From IMG/VR virus record IMGVR_UViG_3300002835_000119, positions 12,727 to 76,726 of that record: a DNA stretch of 64,000 bases, one strand, 5' to 3'. Under the pieces are notes generated by a model. That model searched no databases. It saw nothing but the letters and a program-made list of their open reading frames with translations, and had not been told where the DNA came from. The stretch comes from a virus (lineage: Duplodnaviria > Caudoviricetes). The position numbers and the translations under genes are program-made. Shown here one piece after another: positions 38,512 to 46,168 of this stretch (positions within the stretch are counted from its first letter, which is position 1; each line of letters starts with the position of its first letter).

Positions 38512-38805
38512 ATGAAATTTCACGAAGCACTTGGTGCGGTAATCCGAGAAGAAAGACTTGGGCAGGAAGTATCTTTGCGCGAAATCGCGAAAGCTGGTTT
38601 TGTTTCTATGGGTCACTTATCAGACGTTGAGAATGGACGCAAAGAGGGTTCTTCTGCTTTTATCGAAGCGGTTGCTAAAGCACTTGGTGTTCCAACTTAT
38701 GAACTTGTTATCGAGGCAGGCTATCGAATGGCTGAAATCAAAATTCCCGATACCTATGAAGATTTTATTGACGACCATTCGCCCATTCATACGACAGCTC
38801 ACTAA
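38512..38805 (+). CDS. XRE-family HTH regulator, ClgR-like
   Basis: EALGAVIREER...SLREIA...VSMGHLSDVENGRKEGSS. Confidence 0.8.
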   Translation: MKFHEALGAVIREERLGQEVSLREIAKAGFVSMGHLSDVENGRKEGSSAFIEAVAKALGVPTYELVIEAGYRMAEIKIPDTYEDFIDDHSPIHTTAH

Positions 38806-38817
38806 GAGCTGAAACCC

Positions 38818-38848
38818 AAAGCCCCGGTGGTTCGCTACCGGGGTTTTG
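38818..38848 (+). terminator. intrinsic terminator
   Basis: GCCCCGGTGG-TTCG-CTACCGGGGT plus T-run. Confidence 0.85.
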
Positions 38849-38969
38849 CATTTAGGATCCTTTTTTGTATTGATCGCTCCGTTACCAACTTGTTATAAAA
38901 AACTTATGGCGACACGCTTGCGCAAAATTCGAATATCGATAAGCTTTGATTGTCGAAGAAAGGACAAAA

Positions 38970-39194
38970 ATGCCAAAGTTTTACGTAGAAATGCGAATTG
39001 ATTTCGCAGGAGAAATTGAAGCAGAAAACGCCGAAGAAGCGGAGACGCTTGCTTGGACAAGTTGGGGCGATACAATGGACAGCCCAATTCAGTACGACAA
39101 CGTTTATTCAATCGACGTCGAAGAAATGGAAGAAGAAATTGACGAAGATGAAATCGAATTTGAAGAAATCAAAGAAGAAATGGAAGTGAAGTAA
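38970..39194 (+). CDS. very acidic small protein
   Basis: GAAAGGA SD; Glu/Asp-rich. Confidence 0.75.
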   Translation: MPKFYVEMRIDFAGEIEAENAEEAETLAWTSWGDTMDSPIQYDNVYSIDVEEMEEEIDEDEIEFEEIKEEMEVK

Positions 39195-39196
39195 TT

Positions 39197-39670
39197 ATGG
39201 GTTTGGATATGTATCTTTACGCTCGCCAATATCTGACTGGATATGAGTGGGACAAAAATGGCGATATGCAAAAGCTAACCAACGTTGTTGGCAATTTGGA
39301 TTTTGCGGTTTCAGAACTTGAGAGGCCAAGTGTTTCTATCATGTTGCCGGTTGGCTACTGGAGAAAAGCAAATCAAATTCACAACTGGTTTGTAAAAAAT
39401 GTCCAAAATGGCGAGGACGACTGCAAAGAATATTCGGTGGAGCGAGAAGAGCTACAGGACTTGCTCAACGTTTGTGAAAAGGTTTTGGACGACCCTGACT
39501 TGGCGGAAGAGCTGTTGCCAACGTCTAGTGGGTTTTTCTTTGGTTCCACAGACTATGACGAATACTATGAGCAAGAGTTGCGAGAAACAGTTATCTTGCT
39601 GACAAAGCTATTGAGCGATACCCGACTAAATTCCGGCAACGTGGATTTTGTTTATACGTCATCTTGGTAG
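39197..39670 (+). CDS. conserved phage protein
   Basis: MGLDMYLY...YWRKANQIHNWF...LLPTSSGFFFG..YDEYY...YTSSW. Confidence 0.85.
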   Translation: MGLDMYLYARQYLTGYEWDKNGDMQKLTNVVGNLDFAVSELERPSVSIMLPVGYWRKANQIHNWFVKNVQNGEDDCKEYSVEREELQDLLNVCEKVLDDPDLAEELLPTSSGFFFGSTDYDEYYEQELRETVILLTKLLSDTRLNSGNVDFVYTSSW

Positions 39671-39801
39671 TGAGTAGTGGCAGTGCCGGTTCGCCGGCGC
39701 TCGCCACGATCCTAAATTCTGTTATAAAGCTGTTACCAAAAATTGCTACAAAATGTCACCCCTAAGAGTTAGTATCTAAGTAACCCAAAAGAAGGAAGGT
39801 T

Positions 39802-40014
39802 ATGGAAACACAAAAGTTGGTTAGCGCTCTCATTGGTCTAATGGAGAGTAAGAAAGAAGTCCTGAAGGACCTAAACATTCTGTATGGCTCTCTCTCTGAC
39901 TTGATAGTAAGTCCTGAAGAGCAACTGCAAAGTATCAAAGAACTAACAAGAGCCGACGCTCAATTCGAAATGGCTCAAGAAATTTTGGAAATTCTAAAAG
40001 AGGCGGTTCTCTAA
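39802..40014 (+). CDS. hypothetical protein
   Basis: GAAGGAAGG SD. Confidence 0.7.
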   Translation: METQKLVSALIGLMESKKEVLKDLNILYGSLSDLIVSPEEQLQSIKELTRADAQFEMAQEILEILKEAVL

Positions 40015-40289
40015 TGGGCCGTTCTTATGCAGAGGGTATCGCCGCGGCTAGTATTCCACTGGAAGAGCAGATCCGGATCCACCTAAGAACTAATCACTAT
40101 CCACCGGTTCCGGAAGTTATGGTTCCTGTTTGTATCGCGGCTCTAAATGCTGCCGCGTGCGACGAGTGGGACAAACTAATTCCATTGCCAGAGGGAGTTG
40201 GCTACAGAGGACTAAACGCGGCTCCGGTTAGCGCGATAGTGGAGCAACATCACTTAGACCCCTGGCTTGACAACGAAGAAGAATACTAG
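40014..40289 (+). CDS. hypothetical phage protein
   Basis: HLRTNHYPPVP...IVEQHHLDPW; TAATG coupling. Confidence 0.75.
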   Translation: MGRSYAEGIAAASIPLEEQIRIHLRTNHYPPVPEVMVPVCIAALNAAACDEWDKLIPLPEGVGYRGLNAAPVSAIVEQHHLDPWLDNEEEY

Positions 40290-40315
40290 TAGTGTTTGAG
40301 AAGAAAGGATAGAAA

Positions 40316-40582
40316 ATGAATATCTCAAAGTTAGAAAAAATTGCCGAGGGAAAATACAAAGTCTATTCGGCAAGCTGTTCGGAGTGTGGTGATATCGCGG
40401 CTATCGAAGTTGATAGCAAATGGGTATTCGATATGCACCAAGGCGGAAGAGTTTCTGATCTAATGCCGTTCCCGAAATACTCAATGGCATTACGCGAAAA
40501 GTTTATTTCTGGTTTGTGCGAGCCTTGCTGGAATAAAGTTATGATGGGCGCAGAATTAGTTGCGGAAAACCTAAATAGCTGA
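40316..40582 (+). CDS. small Zn-binding protein
   Basis: CSEC...REKFISGLCEPCW; consensus SD. Confidence 0.75.
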   Translation: MNISKLEKIAEGKYKVYSASCSECGDIAAIEVDSKWVFDMHQGGRVSDLMPFPKYSMALREKFISGLCEPCWNKVMMGAELVAENLNS

Positions 40583-40848
40583 TAACCTTAGAGAAACAAG
40601 AAAGGAAAAAAATGTTGTCTAAGTCTTGGCACCTTGAGCAGGATGGTATTCAGTTGCCGGTTGTGTTTGTAACTATGCGTGAAGCAATCGAATACGCCGA
40701 GAAAAACCTAAAGGGCGAATACCTAGTTGTAAAAGAGCATCACCTAGAGGGCATAACAAAGCGCCCAAGATTAGTGGGCCAAAAGTAATACGCTTGACAA
40801 AAGCGAAAGTACCTAGTAGTTTATAGATAGCGAAGAGAAAGGATAGAA

Positions 40849-41193
40849 ATGAAAAAATTCGCTGTTATCAAAGTTGATGGTGTTGTTGAGCTACACGAAG
40901 TATCTGCAGAAGCAGAGGGCGACTTCCTGAGCGAAGCAGTGGGCGGTTGGTTCCAGTCTGTACCACTTAGGGCAGAGCTGAAAGATTACTGGCTATGGTG
41001 CCACGAAGAGGGAAAAATTATCGGCCTAGCAATGAACTCAGTTGCTACGGCACTATGGATACTTTCCTACGGTCCTAGCGACATAATTCACGGCAACATA
41101 GTTATCACTGGCGGTATTGATGAAGAGGGAGAAACTCTCGGACTTACTAACGACCAAATTGCTAAGCTTGAGGAAATACTGGAGCTGGTATAG
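40849..41193 (+). CDS. DUF3846-like protein
   Basis: AVGGWFQ...HEEGK..GL.MN..AT...DIIHGNIVITG. Confidence 0.8.
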   Translation: MKKFAVIKVDGVVELHEVSAEAEGDFLSEAVGGWFQSVPLRAELKDYWLWCHEEGKIIGLAMNSVATALWILSYGPSDIIHGNIVITGGIDEEGETLGLTNDQIAKLEEILELV

Positions 41194-41215
41194 ACTCAAA
41201 GTCTGGGGGAGGTTT

Positions 41216-41287
41216 GCGGTGAGCTATCCTTTCTTCTAATCAAATAAATTCACCGCCAGTCCTGAGCATGACTGACTAAAAGGCTCA
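41216..41287 (+). ncRNA. anti-SD hairpin followed by pseudoknot
   Basis: GCGGTGA/TCACCGC stem with CTATCCTTTCTTCT in the loop; CAGTC-CTGAGCAT-GACTG...GCTCA. Confidence 0.6.
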
Positions 41288-41413
41288 ATTTTTTATTCGC
41301 GACGCTCGCCGGATCATTAAGGATCGCCGGCAATGTTATAAAGCCGTTATAAATAAATACTCGAAAATGTCGCTGGTCTTTGCTAGGTTTCTATTACCAG
41401 AAGAAAGGTAGCT

Positions 41414-41695
41414 ATGAAGAAGCTAGAGCTGATTGAGCTGTTCAATTATGAAATGGACGAAAAACTAATTATCTTGGACAAACTTAACCGAGAAGCTGAA
41501 ATCCGTAAAAAAGATGTCGAGGAAATCCACACTCGCTTTCATAGTGGCGAAATCAGGACTTTAGAAGAAGCAGAAGAACTGGCAAGAGAAGCTGACCAAC
41601 ACATAGCTCGAATGGAAGAAATCCAAGAAAAAGTCCGTCTGATGATTGTGGAAATTATGTTCGACATTAGGGCAATTCACGAAGCGAAAGATTAG
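41414..41695 (+). CDS. coiled-coil hypothetical protein
   Basis: GAAAGG SD, own promoter. Confidence 0.7.
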   Translation: MKKLELIELFNYEMDEKLIILDKLNREAEIRKKDVEEIHTRFHSGEIRTLEEAEELAREADQHIARMEEIQEKVRLMIVEIMFDIRAIHEAKD

Positions 41696-41779
41696 GTGGT
41701 GGCTCGATCCAAAATTAGTTTGCGACACGCTTGACTAATTTCCAAAACAAAGTAACCTAGAACCAAAGAAAGGATAGAA

Positions 41780-42010
41780 ATGCTGACCAAAGGAAGAAAT
41801 CGAAATGCTGAAATGGCTTTCGAAATGGCAACGAAGCTAGTCACCAAAGAGCAGTTTGCGGATAAAGATTACCTGAACGAATTGTGGGAAAAGTGCCACT
41901 CGGACAAAGATGTTCTTGACGCCGTAAATCTTTACCTAGCAAGCAGTTCTAGCTACGCACCAAAAGCAAAAGCAAAACTAATCACCGAACTAGAAAGGTT
42001 GGTGGCGTGA
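41780..42010 (+). CDS. hypothetical protein
   Basis: TTGACT promoter, GAAAGGATAG SD. Confidence 0.75.
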   Translation: MLTKGRNRNAEMAFEMATKLVTKEQFADKDYLNELWEKCHSDKDVLDAVNLYLASSSSYAPKAKAKLITELERLVA

Positions 42011-42366
42011 TGACTTACTTAGTCGAGAGAATGGAAAAAACAAAGACAAAGCTCATTGGCTATGTTGGGGTTGATGCGGGAATGTTAATGATTACTGACC
42101 CTTGCTACCTGAGCTATTGGAAAGATACTGAATACAATGTCGGCGAAGCGGGAGAGTATTCCTATGGCGGTGTCTGTAAAACTACTGATGACGAAACCCT
42201 ACAAGGCGGACAGCTAAAGTATGAGCTAGGACATGATGGCATTGGTGTTGTCTTTAGGTCTGGTCTTGGTGATGGCTATTACCCTGTCTATGGACACTAC
42301 GCAGAGGTAGAGGGTATGGGGGAACGAATTGTCAAAGTGGAAATTGTATTTGTGGAGGAGGAGTAA
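42007..42366 (+). CDS. DUF4241-like protein
   Basis: VGVDAG.LMITDPCY...SGLGDGYYPVY. Confidence 0.75.
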   Translation: MMTYLVERMEKTKTKLIGYVGVDAGMLMITDPCYLSYWKDTEYNVGEAGEYSYGGVCKTTDDETLQGGQLKYELGHDGIGVVFRSGLGDGYYPVYGHYAEVEGMGERIVKVEIVFVEEE

Positions 42367-42563
42367 TGGCTTGGGTAGCAGATGACGGAAGTTATGGTGG
42401 AGGTAATCACCTATCATTCGAACCAAACCAACTAACAAACGACCAATGGGCAAAGCTTGTTGAGATGTCTGATGGTGACAGGTATGAGTATGTCGAGGCA
42501 ATTTTGAGTGGCAAAAATGAAGTTGTTGCTGAGATAGAAAAAGACAATTTTGGGGAGGAATGA
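42366..42563 (+). CDS. hypothetical protein
   Basis: TAATG coupling. Confidence 0.7.
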   Translation: MAWVADDGSYGGGNHLSFEPNQLTNDQWAKLVEMSDGDRYEYVEAILSGKNEVVAEIEKDNFGEE

Positions 42564-42802
42564 TGGTGGCTGATCAAAGAATGGTATTTATTGTCTGGAA
42601 AGATGAACCGGAAAGACCTATTAGCACCTGGGTAATGGTGGGCAAAAAATGGACAGAGGAAGATGAACACGGAAAGTTCTTTGAGTATTTTGCCACGGAA
42701 GAAGATTACCAAAATGCTAAGAACAAAGACAATGACGAACTAGATTATTGGATTGTAGATAACGCGACGATCCACGAAAAACTCACCACCAAAGAAGCTT
42801 GA
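42560..42802 (+). CDS. hypothetical protein
   Basis: ATGA coupling. Confidence 0.65.
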   Translation: MMVADQRMVFIVWKDEPERPISTWVMVGKKWTEEDEHGKFFEYFATEEDYQNAKNKDNDELDYWIVDNATIHEKLTTKEA

Positions 42803-42849
42803 CAAATACCAAATAGCCATTAGGCTTTAAACAAAGAAAGGATAGAAAA

Positions 42850-43074
42850 ATGGCTAAGCAATATCACTTTATAGTCATAGTAAATGAGGACGGAACTTTC
42901 CAAATGGACTACGACACTTCCATAAACTTTGATAATGGAGATGTCTGGAACGAAGAAGAAAACCAATGGTATTTCCATACAGACAACGAAGTCTTTGAGG
43001 GCTACGAAGAAGCAGCTGATAGGTTAGAGGCACGCCTATCTGGCTCACCCCTAGACAAGCTAAGGAATAGATAA
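42850..43074 (+). CDS. acidic hypothetical protein
   Basis: TTGACA promoter, consensus SD. Confidence 0.75.
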   Translation: MAKQYHFIVIVNEDGTFQMDYDTSINFDNGDVWNEEENQWYFHTDNEVFEGYEEAADRLEARLSGSPLDKLRNR

Positions 43075-43346
43075 TGGCTACTTTCGCTTATGTTAGAGAT
43101 CTAGCAAGCGGGATCCCTTGGATCGCCGAATACCCTAGCCGGAGATCTATGGATCTAGAGTTTTCCGATCTAAATCAGTCTTATCGGGTGATCTATCAAC
43201 ACTCTTTCGAACCTGAGGATTGGGACTATCCGGCGCTCGCTGATGGTGAAGTGTTGCTATTCCACCCTAAGTTTGGGCTGATTATTGCCCAAAGCATAGA
43301 CCTAAATTATTTTAATGTCGAGCTTGACAGCCAAGTTTCCGTGTAG
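43074..43346 (+). CDS. hypothetical protein (GATC-dense)
   Basis: TAATG coupling. Confidence 0.55.
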   Translation: MATFAYVRDLASGIPWIAEYPSRRSMDLEFSDLNQSYRVIYQHSFEPEDWDYPALADGEVLLFHPKFGLIIAQSIDLNYFNVELDSQVSV

Positions 43347-43358
43347 TATTTTTTACTT

Positions 43359-43628
43359 ATGAAACCAAAAAGTAACAGCTGTAGGTATGGACACAACGAC
43401 ACCTATCACTATGTAACCAAGTCTGGCAAGAGTAGAAGCCATTGCCGAGTGTGTAAGAAAGAGCAGAGTGTTGCCTCTAGAGTTGGTCCAAAGTCTAAGC
43501 ACGCACCCGCTATGGTGGCTAGGTATGACCTAAAGATTATGGAAGCCGAAATCAAGATTGCGGAAATCCAAAAAAAGATTGAGCACCTAAACAAAATGCG
43601 AGACAAATACGCGGTCAAAAATAATTAG
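43359..43628 (+). CDS. small Zn-finger plus coiled-coil protein
   Basis: CRYGH...CRVC; TTGACA promoter, probably leaderless. Confidence 0.7.
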   Translation: MKPKSNSCRYGHNDTYHYVTKSGKSRSHCRVCKKEQSVASRVGPKSKHAPAMVARYDLKIMEAEIKIAEIQKKIEHLNKMRDKYAVKNN

Positions 43629-43697
43629 AAAGTTTGGCGTGTCGCTTGACAAGGTTATTGTCTGATGTAAGACTTTACTCAAGAAGAAAGGATAAAA

Positions 43698-43916
43698 ATG
43701 AAATACACACTTAGAAGATTGGTTCTCTCGGTAGTCACAACCCCGATTGTTTTGGTGATGTATGGCGGATTGTATTTTGGTCTGGCACTACTCGCTAACT
43801 CTTACGCAAGCATTGGATTATTCCTAAGCAATTTGATTGCGGTTGCTTTCGGTTGGATTGTTGCGGTAACATTTTCCAGACAGATTTTCGATTTCATAGA
43901 AAGGACAGGAAACTAA
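43698..43916 (+). CDS. small two-TM membrane protein
   Basis: Hydrophobic helices; consensus SD. Confidence 0.75.
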   Translation: MKYTLRRLVLSVVTTPIVLVMYGGLYFGLALLANSYASIGLFLSNLIAVAFGWIVAVTFSRQIFDFIERTGN

Positions 43917-44035
43917 TGGAAATCAAAATGAAAAAAGGCAGACACGCTAAGGGCGTAGGCAGACACGCAGACACTAGCCGAAAGGTGAAGATGTTTGGAA
44001 AGCCTAAGGGTGGTGGCAGACACGCCAAGCGGTAA
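43916..44035 (+). CDS. 39-aa basic peptide with three GRHA repeats
   Basis: TAATG coupling; followed by terminator at 44052-44093. Confidence 0.6.
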   Translation: MEIKMKKGRHAKGVGRHADTSRKVKMFGKPKGGGRHAKR

Positions 44036-44184
44036 AAAGTAGTTTTAGATTTCCCCGATAATCCTGGACAGCGATCCGGATCGGGGATTTTTTATTAGTG
44101 GGTTGTTATCAAATTGTTATCATTTCTTGCTTGACAAGAGTTGGGTAGGGGAATTAGTCTTTGGGTATAAGAAGAAAGGCAAAA

Positions 44185-44349
44185 ATGGACAGCACACCAC
44201 TAATCAAATACGCCGAAACTCAAAGCATTGGGGGTTCAGGCTACCCCTACGCCTTTGGTTGGGTATGGGCAACCTTGTCAGAGAAAGACCAAAAGGCAAT
44301 TCTCAAAGAGGTTGCTAGGCGAGTGGCGGAAGAAGAAGCCAAAAAGTAA
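44185..44349 (+). CDS. hypothetical protein
   Basis: GAAAGG SD, promoter and terminator (44361-44391). Confidence 0.7.
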   Translation: MDSTPLIKYAETQSIGGSGYPYAFGWVWATLSEKDQKAILKEVARRVAEEEAKK

Positions 44350-44473
44350 TTAGCAAAAAGCAACCCCGCCTAACAGCGGGGTTTGTTTTTTGGATCTAAT
44401 CGGATCTCGGCGTGTTGCTTGATAATGTCACCCCGTTATGGTAAGTTTCAGATACACCAAAGAAAGGATAAAA

Positions 44474-44650
44474 ATGGTGGGTTCAGGGCAGTTGTTAGCA
44501 AGCCTAAACATTAGGACAATTGTTTCTATGGTTTCGGGTGAAACTTATGTGGAGCCAAATCTACTTTTGGAGAACCAGGATTTCCTAGACCAAATGGCAA
44601 AGGCAGACACAATGGAAGAATTAGTTGATTGGGTAAATGAGAATTATTAG
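44474..44650 (+). CDS. hypothetical protein
   Basis: GAAAGGATA SD, terminator 44661-44695. Confidence 0.7.
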   Translation: MVGSGQLLASLNIRTIVSMVSGETYVEPNLLLENQDFLDQMAKADTMEELVDWVNENY

Positions 44651-44818
44651 GCAGTAAGAAGAAGCCCCCCGTAGAAATGCGGGGGGTTTCTTTTTATGGT
44701 TGATAAATGCCGTTATCAAAATGTTATAAAAAACTTTGCGGATTGGCTTGACAAATAAAAGCCACCCCATTAGGCTTGCTACACAAGCGAAAATGCTTGA
44801 TGAAGAAAGGAAGCCAAA

Positions 44819-45115
44819 ATGGCTCAAGCAGTAAAGGTTGATGTTGTTTCTCTAATCGAGGAACTAGCGGTTGTTAGGGCAGAGAAAGATGTTCTGGCAA
44901 AGCGTGAGAGTGCTATTCGCAAGGCGGTTCTAGAGGCTACTGGAAATGTTGCCACCCCAATTGCTAATGACAATGGCGAGATTATCGCCGAGATTATCGC
45001 AAGCGTTCGCCGTTCGGTTGGCGATTGGGATACTTTCGAGGTTGCCTACCCAGAAGCCTACAAGGCTCTAACCCGCTTTACTGATGTTCTAACCCTAACC
45101 CTACCCAAAGAGTAA
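44819..45115 (+). CDS. hypothetical protein
   Basis: GAAAGGA SD, terminator 45129-45163. Confidence 0.75.
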   Translation: MAQAVKVDVVSLIEELAVVRAEKDVLAKRESAIRKAVLEATGNVATPIANDNGEIIAEIIASVRRSVGDWDTFEVAYPEAYKALTRFTDVLTLTLPKE

Positions 45116-45436
45116 GGCAGACTAAAAGCAACCCCTAGCCCAAGCGGTTAGGGGTTTGTTTTTATTTGTGGTAAGCAACTTATGGATCATAAATCCTGTT
45201 ACCAAAATGTTATAAAAATTTATGCGAAACACTTGACAAATAAAACTCTGCCGTTATGCTTATTACATAAGCCAAAAGGCTTACGGAGAAAGGAAAAAAG
45301 AAATGACACTAGAGGTAACCCTAAGCAATGGAACAACCATCTATCCAAGCTTTGACCCAGCACACCTAGAGGGTGTCGCTTATTACTACAATGAGCAATA
45401 CCGGATTGGGTTTGTAAAGTCTTGGCGGGTAGTCAA

Positions 45437-45631
45437 ATGAAAGCTCTTTCGGCGGTGGCAGTAGTTGGCGGTGTTGTTGCCACGGTGTTTGCGGTTGATG
45501 GCTATTACCTACTAATGGACAATGACCTAAGCGAGTTTGGCTTTGCGGTGTTGCCCTGGATTATTGGTTTAGGCTATGCGGTTTGCGGTTTAGGGATTGT
45601 GACTAAGTTAGTGGCAACCTATCGCCGATAG
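45437..45631 (+). CDS. small membrane protein
   Basis: Two hydrophobic helices; terminator 45648-45683. Confidence 0.6.
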   Translation: MKALSAVAVVGGVVATVFAVDGYYLLMDNDLSEFGFAVLPWIIGLGYAVCGLGIVTKLVATYRR

Positions 45632-46168
45632 TCTTTGCGGTTTGCGGTAAGCCCCTAGGTATCCCCTAGGGGTTTTACTTTTTACTTTTGATAAACAATG
45701 ATCATTAGAGTTTTTATTGCGGACCCCGCCCCCAAACAAGCAAAATAAATCTTGACCGGTAATTTCTTTCTGCCTTGGATTATTTTTTAGGTGATTAGTT
45801 TTGATTACCCCTCTGCGGTAAATCAAAAAATGCCCCTGGTTAGCCCTGTAATGCCCCTAGAACTGATTGACCCTCACAAGGATACCAGCTTACAATTCTG
45901 ACCCCTTAGAACCCAACCTAGCCTCAATTAGACAATAGACAAGCAACCTAACTAATGAATTGTTTTTTGATTAGCAAATCAAACAACATAAACAATTACC
46001 CCTCTCCAAACAAATAATTTTTCCCAAAATCTCAAGAAGCAATGCTTGATGACCGAACCCCCGTCAATTTAGGAAACAAATTTCACACGTTCCAAAACAT
46101 AGCGCTGCCCTCTCACCCGTCAAAAGCAGTTGACGTTAAGGTACTAGTTTTTATCTAAGTGCAGACGT

